From the NCBI GenBank assembly GCA_040392565.1, contig JBEBVW010000001.1, positions 1,197 to 65,196 of the forward strand: a DNA stretch of 64,000 nucleotides, in the 5' to 3' direction. Positions 63,582 to 64,000 of the stretch are shown here, piece after piece. Each line of letters begins with the position of its first letter. Within the stretch, counting starts at the first letter, position 1. The position numbers were made by a program, and so were the translations under genes. Source of the DNA: Aeromicrobium sp. (lineage in GTDB: Bacteria > Actinomycetota > Actinomycetes > Propionibacteriales > Nocardioidaceae). The notes under the pieces are model-generated. The model made no database searches. It saw nothing but the letters and a program-made list of their open reading frames with translations, and had not been told where the DNA came from.

Positions 63582-64000
63582 GTGACGGCTTATCGCGAGC
63601 GACTGTTCGCTCCCCTGTCTTGGTGGTTCGGCTGCCTCATCGCAGCGGCGATCTTCGGCTGGATTGTGCTGGTGGCAACAACGCAGATTGCGGGCGGTGT
63701 CACGTTTGCGGTGACCTTGGTGATCACGTCGCTCGCCATCCAGAAGTACGGCGCGGTCCTTGTTGAGCGCGACGCAGCTGGCCTACGTGTAGGACAGGCG
63801 TTCCTTGAAGATCGTTTCGTCGGTGACGCGATCGCTCTTCATCGCGAGGAGTACAAGCGCAAACTGGGCATCGAGGCTGATGCGCGCGCCTACCTCGTGA
63901 CCCGCCCCTATATCGACCGTGGCGTTCTGGTCCAGGTGAATGACCCCGACGATCCGACGCCGTATTGGCTGATCTCATCGCGGCAGCCAGACCAGACAGC
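63582..64000 (+). CDS. DUF3093 protein, 3'-truncated by window edge
   Basis: YRERL..P.WW and DPDDPTPYWLISSR read directly from the sequence; divergent from dut; absent from the ORF track because it has no stop in the window. Confidence 0.85.
   Translation, partial: MTAYRERLFAPLSWWFGCLIAAAIFGWIVLVATTQIAGGVTFAVTLVITSLAIQKYGAVLVERDAAGLRVGQAFLEDRFVGDAIALHREEYKRKLGIEADARAYLVTRPYIDRGVLVQVNDPDDPTPYWLISSRQPDQT

Overview
High-GC actinobacterial chromosomal segment; gene content and order suggest Nocardioidaceae (inference). Left part: the Pup-proteasome locus (trmI-arc-dop-pup-prcBA-pafA-FKBP-pafBC-tatAC-DAGK-helY), then lnt-ppm1, rbpA and an XRE-HTH/MurA-like fusion. Middle: an accessory block (MpaB-like oxygenase/TetR, APH(6)-like kinase, LtrA, UvrA2, PhaC-like) ending at a clear 28-bp XerCD dif site (39019-39046), where gene-strand bias flips, so this is probably the replication terminus. 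Right part: metY-metX, cysH-cysG, gcvP with a glycine riboswitch, the garA/MerR/gcvH/pgsA2 cluster, sodA, a copper operon (ycnI-copC-copD/ctaG), rocD and the dut region. Best candidate for an undescribed system: a His-containing 4-TM leader protein ending in RGPP, whose arrest-like codons sit at the apex of an mRNA hairpin that hides the ycnI Shine-Dalgarno. This looks like a membrane-embedded, copper-sensing ribosome-stalling switch. Also seen: a PafBC-type promoter hidden in ltrA ahead of uvrA2, several operators, REP/BIME-like repeats and many leaderless genes. No CRISPR, transposase, integrase, tRNA or rRNA was seen. All calls come from reading the sequence by eye; no searches were run.
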